Below, piece after piece: positions 10,569 to 21,972 of a stretch of DNA of 64,000 bases (position 1 is its first letter; every line of letters begins with the position of its first letter). This DNA comes from Squalus acanthias (taxonomy: Eukaryota), in NCBI GenBank assembly GCA_030390025.1, contig CM059431.1, positions 95,172,001 to 95,236,000 on the forward strand. The letters run 5' to 3'. Position numbers and translations under genes: made by a program. The notes below the pieces were generated by a model. It was not told the origin of the DNA, did not search any database, and saw nothing but the letters and a program-made list of their open reading frames with translations.

Positions 10569-13388
10569 TGACCGCAATGAGGCACCCAGGTTCTCAGATG
10601 ACTCCCTCCATATGCTTGTGGAGGGAGACAGAGCACGCAGGGAGGTGCTCTTCCCTTCTAATGGATGGAAGAGACCTCTCCAGGAGACAACAAGAGCCTG
10701 ACTCCAAATAGCAGAGGAGGTGAACAGCAGGGATGTGGTCAGGAGGACCTGGGTGCAGTGCCGGAAACACTTCAATGACCTCATTAGATCAGGAAAGGGG
10801 AATACAAAGCCACACTCAACTTCATAAGAACATAAGATATAAGAGCAGGAGTCGGCCATATGGCCCCTCGAGCCTGCTCCGCCATTCAATAAGATCATGG
10901 CTGATCATCGACCTCAACTCCACTTTCCTGCCCGATCTCCATATCCCTTGATTCCCCTAGAGTCCAAAAGTCTATCTATCTCAGCCTTGAATATACTCAA
11001 AGACTCAGCATGCACAGCCCTCTGGGGCAGAGAATTCCAAAGATTCACAACCCTCTGAGTGTAAAAATTCCTCCTCATCTCAGTCTTAAATGGCCTACCC
11101 CTTATCCTGAGACTATGCCCCCTAGTTCTAGACACTCCAGCCAGGGAAACAACCTCTCAGCACCTACCCTGTCAATCCCCTTCAGAATCTTGTATGTTTC
11201 AATGAGATCACCTCTCATTCTTCTAAACTCCAGAGAGTATAGGCCCATTCTACACAATCTCTCATCATAGGACAGCCCTCTCATCCCAGGAATCAATCTA
11301 GTGAACATTCATTGCACCAACTCCAAGGCAAGTATATCCTTCCTTAGATAAGGAGACCAAAACTATGCACAATATTCCAGGTGTGGTCTCACCAATTGTA
11401 GCAAGACTTCCTTACTCTTCTACTCCAACCCCCTTGCAATAAAGGCCAACATGCCATTTGCCTTCCTTATTGCTTGCTGTACCTGCATGCTAGCTTTCTG
11501 TGTTTCTTGCATGAGGACACCCAATTCTCTCTGAACACCAACATTTGAAAGTTTCTCACCATTTAAAAAATATTCTGTTTTTCTATTCTTCCTACCAAAG
11601 TGAATAACTTCACATTTCCCTACATTATACTTCATCTGCCATCTTACTGCCCACTCACTTAGTCTATCTATATCCCTTTGCAGACACTTTGTGATCTCCT
11701 CACAGCTTACTGTCCCACCTAGCTTTGTATCATCAGCAAACTTGGATACATTACACTCAGTCCCTTCATCTAGATCATTAATATAGATTGTAAATAGATT
11801 GTAAATAGTATCCTGCTATGCCTCTCATCACATTCCCATCACTCTGCCTTCCCAACCCTACTCCTGCACATCCTTACTCACATCAACATACCTTGCACGT
11901 CCACCCATCCCTCTCTCTACCTACATTATCACATCCCCATCTGACTAGCCACCCCTCACATTCACCCTCATCCTAATGCAATCATAACAACACACAAGGA
12001 GGCCACTTAGCTTAGGCACCACACTCCATCATAGTCTCCCTCTAAAGATCTAACCCATCCATTCCTTACACTCATTCCATCACACTCACTCAAACTTCTC
12101 TTCTTTCCCTCCTTACAGGAAAAGAGAGCCCACAATAAGAGAACCGGAGGTGGAACGCCATCATTGGCGACCCTAACAACAGCAGAGGAGGCTGCCTTGG
12201 AGGTTTCTGGAGTCGCCGAGCAGCTGGAGGTAGGAGACAGAGAGAGGGGGACATCTCAGCAACTTGGTGACAGAATTACATATCATACAGCTACATGGCA
12301 TACATCAGTCACTCATGGGCACTGATGTCAGCAGCCACTGAATGGTCATCATATGCATAATGGTATATGCACCTATTCTTCATATGACATATCTAACTCA
12401 TCTCTTTACTCTCCCACAGGTCCATCAAGAGCACCCCCCCCCCCCCCACCCCCCACTGTCCCGGAGGAAGAGGAGGATGACTCCTCAGAGGAGCCTCCAG
12501 CCTTTGAGGGTGCATCGTCACCCGACAAGTGCACCCAGCATCAGTGCAGAAACGCAGACCTGGGTGGATCCCACACGAGATAGAGTAGTGTTGTCACCTG
12601 GTGTCTCACTCACGAGTGAGCAAGAGCTGATGTTGGAGACAGGGACAGCAGTGGAGAGTCCTCACCGGAGGGCGCAGGATGCTCCCAGCTCTGCTCAGCT
12701 GCATACAGACGCTGAGCCTCAGGGGGCCATCCAGAAAGAGGGTGATCCTGGAGGTGCAGGAGGCTTTGACAGGTTTTGCGAGCGCGATGTCTGCAAATGT
12801 TCAGAGAATGGAGGAGTCCCTCTCTAGTATCAGCACCACCGTGTCACAGGCAATGGGGACTTTGGGCTCTTCCATGGATAGGATGGCCACCTGCATGGAG
12901 CAGCTAATGCGCCAGTCACAGGAGCACATGGTCTCTGTGGAGAATAGATGGCAGAGGCTCATAGACCTCCTCTCTAGGAGGGATGTCAACGTAGACGTGG
13001 GTCCTCATGGGCCCACTGATGTGCAGCAAGGTGCTCTCCAGCTCCTTGCTAGCAGGGAAGTGTGGGTGGCCATGAGAGGGATGGTGGTGAGAGGGGACAT
13101 GGAAGTGTGGGCTCCTCACAAAGTGCTCACACTTCTCCCCCTGTTGCCACCCCCTCAGTCAGAGCCCCAGAAGCCTCCTCGATCGCGATGGCCGAGTCTG
13201 CCTCTGCACAGTCGCAGGAGGAGCAGACTTTGGTGGGACCATCAGAGGCTCCAAAACCCAGAGGACGTCTGCCAAAAGCGTCTAAGTAGTCGCAGCAGGG
13301 AAGTGAGCTGGCTGCCTCTTCTCTGCTGAAGCCACAGGGGTAGCACCTCGTAGAAGAACATGTAAGAGAAAGATGAAACACAAGTAGA
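10569..13388 (+). pseudogene. Harbinger Myb/SANT-like DNA-binding protein, 3 exons (~10569-10797, 12119-12267, 12420-13388)
   Basis: APRFSDDSLHMLVEG...IAEEVNSRDVVRRTWVQCRKHFNDL; polypyrimidine-CAG acceptors before exons 2 and 3; stops and frameshifts. Confidence 0.8.
10823..11810 (-). mobile_element. CR1 LINE 3' fragment in Myb intron 1
   Basis: MKYNVGKCEVIHFG, RRMRGDLIETYKIL, CR1 tail. Confidence 0.9.
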
Positions 13389-13639
13389 TTCGCAAGGGTA
13401 GCCACTTGGGTGTTTTGTTAAATGATTCTATAAAGTTTCCGTTACCATAATGTTACACATAAAAATCTTTATTTTCACCACTTTCCAGTCATGGACAAAT
13501 TTGATTGCACCTTTGGAAGTGGCTTAGTGAGTTGGAGTGAATGGTGAGACATAACTGTACCTCCAGCAATGGTGGTGAGTGTGAAAGGAATGGCTTGGTC
13601 ATTGTAGGGATGCTTTATGGTGTTGCTGTGGGATGGTGC

Positions 13640-16441
13640 CAACCTGGCACAGCATGTGGCAGCCATATGGGTATAATGCGTAAAAGTTAAGTAAATCTGG
13701 CCATAATGAGCCCATCCCTGGCCTCCGGGGCAGCAATGTGCTCGGGTACTGGTGGGATCTGGACCGCAGCTTCCTCCTGCTCCTCCTCCTCCTCTGATGA
13801 TGAGGCTGTGCACTCAGTGCCTTGCTCCTCATGCAGCGTTAATCTTCGCTGCTGCACTATGTTGTGCAGTCCATGACGATTCTGGAGACCCTGGCTGGTG
13901 CGTACTGAAGGGTTTGCATCCCAGAGTACTTAAGGAGGTGGCCTTGGAAATAGTGGATGCATTGACGATCATTTTCCAACATTCCTTAGACTCTGGATCA
14001 GTTCCGATGGAGTGGAGGGTGGCCAATGTAACCCCTCTTTTTAAAAAAGGAGGGAGGGAGAAAGCAGGGAATTATAGACCGGTCAGCCTGACATCGGTCG
14101 TGGGTAAAATGATGGAAGCAATTATTACAGATGTCATAACAGACCATTTGGAAAGTGGCGACATGATAGGTCCAAGTCAGCATGGATTTGTGAAAGGGAA
14201 ATCATGCTTGACAAATCTTCTGGAATTTTTTGAGGATGTTTCCAATAAGGTGGACAGGGGGGAACCAGTAGATGTGGTGTATTTGGACTTTCAGAAGGCC
14301 TTCGACAAGGTCCCACACAAGAGATTGGTGAGCAAAGTTAAAGCACATGGGATTGGGGGTAATGTGTTGACGTGGATTGAGAACTGGTTGGCACACAGGA
14401 AACAAAGAGTAGGAGTAAATGGGTACTTTTCAGAATGGCAGGCAGTGACCAGCGGGGTACCGCAGGGTTCGGTGCTGGGACCCCAGCTGTTTACATTATA
14501 TATTAATGATTTGGACGAAGGGATTAAATGTAATATCTCCAAATTTGCGGATGACACTAAATTGGGAGGCAGTGTGAACAATGAGGAGGATGCTAAGAGG
14601 CTACAGAGTGACTTGGACAGGTTGGGTGAATGGGCAAATGTATGGCAGATGAAGTACAATGTGGATAAATGTGAGGTTATCCACTTTGGTGGTAAAAATA
14701 GAGAGGCGGACTATTACCTGAATGGTGGCAGATTAGGGAAAGGGGAGGTGCAACGAGACCTGGGCGTCATGGTACATCAGTCACTGAAGGTGGGAATGCA
14801 AGTGCAGCAGGCAGTCAAGAAAGCAAACGGAATGATGGCCTTCATAGTAAGGGGATTTGAGTACAGGAGTAGGGAGGTGATGCTGCAGTTGTACAGGGCC
14901 TTGGTGAGGCCACACCTGGAGTATTGTGCGCAGTTTTGGTCTCCTAACTTAAGGAAGGACATTCTTGCTATTGAGGGAGTGCAGCGAAGGTTCACTAGAT
15001 TGATTCCTGGGATGGCCGGACTGACATATCAAGAAAGATTGGGTCAACTGAACTTGTATCCTCTGGAGTTCAGAAGAATGAGGGGGGATCTTATAGAGAC
15101 ATTTAAAATCCTGACTGGTTTAGACAAATTAGATGCGGGCAGAATGTTCCCAATGTTAGGGAAAACTAGAACCAGGGGTCACAGTCTAAGGATTAAGGGG
15201 AAGCCATTTAAGACTGAGCTGAGGAGGAACTTCTTCACCCAGAGAGTGGTGAATCTATGGAATTCTCTTCCACAGAAGGTTGTTGAGGCCAGTTCGCTAA
15301 ATATATTCAAAAGGGAGTTAGATATAACACTCACAACTAGGGGGATCAAGGGGTATGGCGAGAAAGCAGGAATGGGGTACTGAGGTAGCATGTTCAGCCA
15401 TGAACGCATTGAATGGCGGTGCAGGCTCGAAGGACCGAATGGTCTACTCCTGTACCTATTTTCTATGTTTCTATGTTTCTATATGTCAAGGCATCTGAAG
15501 TGTATTTTCAGCATGCCTATCGTCTGCTATATGACACAGCTGGTGGAAATGTGGCTTTCACTATATCTCTCCTGGGCCTCAGTACCTGGCCTCCTCAAGG
15601 GTGTCATGAGCCACGTCTTCAGTGGATAGCCCTTGTCTCCAAGCAGCCAGCCAGGAAGTCTGTTTGGAGGAGCGAAGAGCGAAGGGAGGGTGGACTGGTG
15701 CAGGATGAGTCATGGCAGCTGCCAGGGAATTTGGCGCACATATGCATGATAATCTTCCTATGGTTTCAGACGAGCTGCACATTGAGGGAGTGGAAGCCCT
15801 TGCAGTTGACAAAGACTCTTGGGTTATGATGGGATGCCCTGATTGCCACATGTGTGCCGTCAATGACACCCTGCACCCGTGGGAAGCCAGCCAGAGCGAC
15901 ATAGGCCAGCGCCCACTCAGTAACACTGGCTTCATCAGTGGCAAAGTTGATATAATTGGCAGACTTGTCAAATGGGGCATCGGTGGCCTGTGTGATGCAT
16001 CTGTGGGCGGCCGACTGCAAGATGCCACAAATGTCTGCTGCAGATCCCTGGAAGGAGCCTGAGGTGAAGAAGTTGAGGGCAATGGTGACTTTGACAGCCA
16101 CTGGTAAGGCATGTCCACCAGGTCCTCTGGGCTGCAGGTCTTGGTCCAGCAATCTGCAAATGTCTGACGACCTGGCGTGATAGCCTGAGTCTCCTTTGGC
16201 ACTGCTGCTCAGTCATGTTGAGGAAGCTCATCCTCTGCCCGTATACCCTGTGCTGGGGGCATTGCTTCTGGCGCAGTGCAGCCCTGCGCTGATGCCCTCT
16301 GTCCTGTGCAGCATCAGGTGGTTGAGGAGAAGGTTGGTGATGTTGTTGTTGGTGCTGCTGGTGTGCCTGGTGCTGCTGGTGTTGGGGCTCATCATGGTCA
16401 GATTCTGAGGACCAAGGTGAGACAGTATAAACGATAGCCAT
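13640..16441 (-). pseudogene. Harbinger DDE transposase (HARBI1-like), split by CR1 13906-15481
   Basis: [61 protein letters not shown]; frameshifts; 3' end approximate. Confidence 0.9.
13906..15481 (+). mobile_element. Young 5'-truncated CR1 with an uninterrupted RT frame
   Basis: About 490 aa without a stop (NYRPVSLTS, YLDFQKAFD, GVPQGSVLGP, KFADD) ending at 15383; (TTCTATGT) tail. Confidence 0.95.
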
Positions 16442-16973
16442 GCTGATGGAATAGATGGCAGGTCAAGTAGAGATGACAGAAGCAATCTGTCAATGGTGTA
16501 GTAGACTCTAACAATGAGGTGAGACTGGATGGCAAAATTGCTGGAAACACTTGCAGCCAGTAGAAATCTAGATCTGTGCTGGCAATGCTGTCAGCAACAG
16601 CTTCTGCCTGAGGAAAGTGATCAGCTGTGAGGTGGGAGTTTTTATTGTACTTTCCATGCTGTGCACTAATCAGCTGAATCAATGGCCACTCAACTTCCGC
16701 CTCAGGTTGACAGACGTGGTTCCCGAGCTGTGTGATTCCTGTGGTCATCCAGTGAAATTCGAAAGGTACAGGTTAAAAAGACTCTTAAGGGTTTGACAAG
16801 TACCTAATAATGACTTGAATTAGCTCGCCCGCCTCTGCCGTTTGGGTCACTGCCGTGCCAACAAACGCGTCCAGGAATACGGCAGGTTCCCAACTCGCTA
16901 CAAGATTTTTCAAAATTCCCACCCGACCCGTCTCCGATCGCGCCCACACGAACCCCAGAAAATTCCAGCTATA

Positions 16974-17845
16974 GTTGCCGTTTGAACTTTTCACAGCACT
17001 TTTTTTTTATTGCCTTAGCAGCTTGTCTACAACTGCTAATATACTGACTGGCTCCTCCCACAAACCCAATTTTTTTCACAGTGGAGAGGTAAGTAACCCC
17101 TTCTGTTTGCCACATTGAATTAATGAATGTCAGGAAATGCTATACCAGGTTTTTGACGTATCGGCTTGAAGCGATATCACCATGCTAACTACTGCGAAAG
17201 CTCTTGTGCAACAAATTCTTTCTACGTGGGAGTTTGAGGTGATCAGTGGGGATAAGGGAGACAATTGGCAGTACAAGGTGATCTGATATTAATCTGTGGA
17301 ATAATGCACTAGAATTTAAAAAATATCTTTTGTCATCATTTATGACAATTGTTTGAATTACAGACTTATGTTAAAAAGGGAAAGAGAGGGAGGATCGGAT
17401 ATTAACAAAGAACAGATATTACCGTATGGTTTTTTTCTTCTTATGTGGATGCTGTTAAAGATCAAGTCGCTGAGGTGGTTGTTCAACAAGAAGCTATCAA
17501 GACTTATAAATATATCCATTTAGGTGTACTGATCCACAACCGTCGCAAATCATAGAAGAAGTGTATGGCACAGAAGGAAGCCATTCGGCTGACCGTGTCT
17601 GTGCCAGCCAAAAAAGAGCTATCCAGCTGGCACAGACATGATGGGCCACCCATCAACCAAATGGGCCGAATGGCAAATCAGACAACTTCTGGTGACTGCG
17701 ACTCTCCACAACTAATACAACCCCTGAATATTTCGAACTGTACTATGACCTTCTGTAATTAAGGACTCCGTAAGACTGATAATAGCGTGATCGTAATACG
17801 CCTGGGGAATGCAGTAAAGGTTGAGTGTGTTTGCTTGAGTCTAGA
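16974..17845 (+). pseudogene. Possible degenerate env/accessory region of the provirus (continues from 10076-10265)
   Basis: Lies 3' of integrase once insertions are removed; hydrophobic stretch and Cys/N-glycosylation-motif fragments (LNISNCTMTFCN, VKVECVC); no diagnostic motif. Confidence 0.3.
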
Positions 17846-17855
17846 AGGGGAGGGT

Positions 17856-19152
17856 TTTTTTTATTCATTCATGGGATGTGGGCGTCGCTGGCAAGGCCAG
17901 CATTTATTGCCCATCCCTAACTGCCCTTGAGAAGGTGGTGATGAGCTGCCTTCTTGAACTGCTGCAGTCCGTGTGGTGAAGGTGCTCCCACAGTGCTGTT
18001 AGGGAGGGAGTTCCAGGATTTTGACCCAGCGACGATGAAGGATCGGTGATATATTTCCCAGTCAGGATGGTGTGTGACTTGGAGAGGAACTTGGAGGTGG
18101 TGGTGTTCACCACCTGCCCTTGTCCTTCTAGGTGGTAGAGGTCGCGGGTTTGGGAGGTGCTGTCGAAGAAGCCTTGGTGAGTTGCTGCAGTGCATCTTGT
18201 AGATGGTACACACTGCAGCCACGGTACGCCGGTGGTGGAGGGAATGAATGTTTAAGGTGGTGGATGGGGTGCCAATCAAGTGGGCTGCTTTGTTCTGGAT
18301 AGTGTCGAGCTTCTTGAGTGTTGTTGAGCTGCACTCATCCAGGCAAGTGGAGAGTATTCCATCACACTCCTGACTTGTGCCTTGTAGATGGTGGAAAGGC
18401 TTTGGGGAGACAGGAGGTGACTCACTTGCCACAGAATACCCAGCCTCTGACCTGCTCTTGTAGCCACAGTATTTATGTGGCTAATCCAGTTAAGTTTCTG
18501 GTCAGTGGTGACCCCTAGGATGTTGATGGTGGGGGATTCAATGATGGTAATGCTGTTGAATGTCATGGGGAGGTGTGTAGACTATTGTTGGAGATGGTCA
18601 TTGCCTGGAACTTGTATGGCATGAATGTTACTTGTCAGCCCAAGCCTTAATTTTGTCCAGGTCTTGCTGCATGCGGGCACGCTTCATGATCTGAGGAGTG
18701 CGAATGGAACTACACACTGTGCATTCATCAATGAACACTTCTGACCTTATCATTGAGGGAAGGTCATTGATGAAGCAGCTGAAGATGTTTGGGCCTAGGA
18801 CACTGCCCTGAGGAACTACTGCAGCAATGTCCTGGGGCTGAGATGATCGGCATCCAACAACTACAACCATCTTCCTTTGTGCTAGGTATGACTCCAGCCA
18901 GTGGAGAGCTTCCCCTGATTCCCATTAACTTCAGTTTTACTAGTGCTCCTTGATGTCACACTCGGTCAAATGCTGCCTTGATGTCTTCTTCTAATTAGTG
19001 TTCAACATAGAGGAGCACTGATTTATCAGCTGAGAGAGGGCAGTAGGTGGTAATCAGCAGGAGGTTTCCTTGCCCATGCTTGACCTGAAGCTATGAGACT
19101 TCATGGGGTCCGGAGTCAATGTTGAGGACCCCCAGGGCCACTGCCTCCTGAC
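17856..19152 (-). mobile_element. Zenon-like CR1-group LINE, internally deleted (EN fragment joined to RT and 3' end)
   Basis: Reverse-complement similarity to ~40020-40180 and ~41510-42630. Confidence 0.85.
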
Positions 19153-19155
19153 CTG

Positions 19156-19344
19156 GGATACAGTAGCATAGTGGTTATGTTACTGGACTAGTAATCCAAA
19201 GGCTTGGACTAATGATCCAGGGACGTGAGTTCAAATTCCACCACGGCAGCTGGGGGGTTTAATTAAATAAATCTGGAATAAAAATCTGATATCTGTAATG
19301 GTGACCATGAAACTATCGGATTTTGACTAAAAAAAAAATCTGCT
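19156..19344 (+). mobile_element. tRNA-derived SINE/LINE head, same as 39382 onward
   Basis: A box TAGCATAGTGG, arms TGGACTAGTAATCCA and TGGACTAATGATCCA, B box GAGTTCAAATTCC. Confidence 0.8.
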
Positions 19345-19906
19345 TCATCCAATGGCAGAGTACGGACTGTTCACTGAATAGAGTCATCCAATGGCAGAGT
19401 ACGGACTGTTCACTGAATAGAGTCATCCAATGGCAGAGTACGGACTGTTCACTGAATAGAGACATCCAATGGCAGAGTACAGACTGTTCACTGAATAGAG
19501 TCATCCAATGGCAGAGTACGGACTGTTCACTGAATAGAGTCATCCAATGGCAGAGTACGGACTGTTCACTGAATAGAGTCATCCAATGGCAGAGTACGGA
19601 CTGTTCACTGAATAGAGTCATCCAATGGCAGAGTACAGACTGTTCACTGAGTAGAGACATCCAATGGCAGAGTACGGACTGTTCACTGAATAGAGTCATC
19701 CAATGGCAGAGTACGGACTGTTCACTGAATAGAGTCATCCAATGGCAGAGTACGGACTGTTCACTGAATAGAGACATCCAATGGCAGAGTACAGACTGTT
19801 CACTGAATAGAGACATCCAATGGCAGAGTACAGACTGTTCACTGAATAGAGACATCCAATGGCAGAGTACAGACTGTTCACTGAATAGAAACATCCAATG
19901 GCAGAG
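19345..19906. repeat. 39-bp minisatellite, ~14.4 copies
   Basis: Unit TCATCCAATGGCAGAGTACGGACTGTTCACTGAATAGAG, head-to-tail, near-identical. Confidence 0.98.
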
Positions 19907-19926
19907 CTAGTAACCTGAGAAATCCA

Positions 19927-21945
19927 GGGGGAAATTTTAACCTGGAGGAGCGCTTGGGTGGGGGGTTAAAACTGGCAAAAATGGGAACAGGTCGGGAAGC
20001 AACCTCCAATTCGTCGACTTGCGCGTTTAACCCGAGTGTGTTAGGATGGTTGGGAGAAGCTGGTTGCCTATTAACATATGGTAATCGCTCAATTGGAGCG
20101 ATATTTCAACATGGTTTTAAATTTAATGTCGCATCCACGGATTCCCGGGCTTCCTGAAACTTGTCATTGAAAGCAAGGCGAGAACACAACGGCAATTGAG
20201 GGGAATGATTAAAACTCATGGAAATACTACAATAAATACTCAGTACTCACAGCGTCATTGACTGCACACACGTGGCAACCCACGTACCCCCAGATCAACT
20301 AGGAGTATTCGTGAACTGCAGGGGCTTCTACTCCATCAATGTGCAGCTGGTGTGCAAGCACAGAATGATATTTCTGCAGGTGTGTGCAAGGTTCCTGGGG
20401 AGCTGCCATGATGCTTGTCCTACAGCAGTCCAAGCTTCCTGACCTCTTTGGGCTTGGAAGCACACTTAAAGGGTGGCTGCAAGGAGACATCTGCAGCCTC
20501 CTAGAAGAAGACCTGCTCCCTTCTGGACCTGGTGGCCACTTCAAACTTGGCTGCTAACAGAAACTCAACAAATGAAGCCCAACAGCACTATAATGAATGC
20601 TATATGATCACCAGATGTGTGATCAATCAAGCCATCGGCATGCCATGAAGATGCTCTTCAGGTGCCTAACATTTTCTCATACACCGATGTGCATACCCCT
20701 GTGCAACTACAAAGCTTTACTCTTTTCCTACCACTGCTACATGATGCAATCCCTGTGGCTTCAGCAGAGGTAGAGGCAGGCTGTTCAGATCCCTGCTCTG
20801 ACTGTTGAGATGCTCTTGGCTGACGACCTCTGTGTTTTAGAGCCCGTGAGGGCCTCGCCAAAGACTGCTTCACCTGCACCTGTGCAGGGGCAGACTCGGC
20901 CATCAGGACATGAGGAAGCAGGTGGGGTACTGACTGAGGGGGGATCAACGGGTGAGAAGTGGAAGCGCTTTGGGTGGAGTCCCCACTTCCATGTCCCCTT
21001 TCCTCATCATCCCTCTCCTGGGCCAGGCACACTTCACTACTACTGCTCTGCTGGAGAGCACTTTGGTGCTTTAAGGCCAAGGCGAAAGTATCAGTCATCC
21101 TATTTAAAGCGGCAGACCTGTTGGCATCCAAAGTGTGCATAGTCATGATCAAGGCGTGCATGGACTCATTTGATTGCTGGGTTTGATGTTCCACAGAGTT
21201 GGCTACTCTATCCATGCAAGAAGACATCGAGGCATCTAGAAGTAAAGGGCATTAAGGGTTACGGGGAGCGGGCAGGAATTTGGACATGAGTCTAGGTTCG
21301 GATCGGTCATGGCCCTGTGGGTAGTGGAGCGGGCCCAGGGACTGTGTAGCCTGATTCTGCTCCTATTTCGTGTGTGCAATTCTGTTAGATGCAGGAGATG
21401 GTTCTGTGATAGATAGTAGATTGGCGGTTAGGATCAGATCAGCCATGATCTTATTGAATGGCGGAGCAGGCTCGAGGGGCCGATTGGCCTACTCCTGCTC
21501 CTATTTCTTATGTTCTTATGTTCTAAGGCAGACTGCTACATTCCCTCTGCAACCATGGTCCGTGTGCTTGGAAGATCTGTCAGTATATCACACATTCTCT
21601 GCTGCTCCTCAATGAATCTGCTATTCATCGATGTCCCCCAGGTTACAGCATCAGTGTCCAGCTGAGCAGAGCTTGGCGAGCGCTGTGCCCTCTGATGTGG
21701 ACTCTCCACAGCTGTCCCTGCCGCCACCAGTTGCTCTTGCTCACTTGTGAAGTGTGAGTCACCAGGTGAAAATTATCTGTCTAACTGGTCCCACCGAAGA
21801 GCAAGTATCTGAGCTGGTGCATGGTAAGCATGAGTCCTGTGACGGTGCACCCATAGAAGGAATCAGCTCCTCTGAGGATTCGCCGTGCGCGAGGTCCATG
21901 GACTCCTGTTGCACGTGTGAAGGCCCTGGCGGAAGAAAAGATATT
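19927..21945. mobile_element. Deleted Harbinger (nuclease remnants on +, Myb exon 3 on -), with CR1 3' ends at 21235-21523
   Basis: GGGGGAAATTTTAAC terminus; RGFYSINVQLVC-like segment near 20340; ORF 20658-21227 resembles the translation of 12800-13380. Confidence 0.75.
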
Positions 21946-21972
21946 TAATTGATAGCCTGACCCAGAGTCATT

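Larger units (their letters stand above)
10266..16970. mobile_element. Structurally complete PIF/Harbinger transposon (degenerate, with two CR1 insertions)
   Basis: ATA TSD (10263-65 and 16971-73); degenerate TIRs GGCCAGAACTTTCC / AGAAAATTCCAGCT; convergent Myb (+) and nuclease (-) genes. Confidence 0.85.

Noticed and set aside
13752..15383. 543-aa ORF as a Harbinger-RT fusion gene
   Set aside because: The first ~50 aa are antisense Harbinger sequence that happens to be in frame with a 5'-truncated CR1; there is no endonuclease or promoter evidence.
13640..16441. Domesticated host HARBI1 gene
   Set aside because: It is frameshifted, interrupted by CR1, and sits inside TIRs and a TSD with a Myb partner, so it is a transposon copy.
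19156..19255. Functional tRNA gene
   Set aside because: It has an extra arm and a poor acceptor stem, and continues into repeat body sequence shared with 39382 onward.
19345..19906. CRISPR-like array, or the repeat-protein ORFs (193 and 195 aa)
   Set aside because: Units are contiguous with no unique spacers, there are no cas genes, and the context is eukaryotic; the ORFs arise from a stop-free 39-bp unit.
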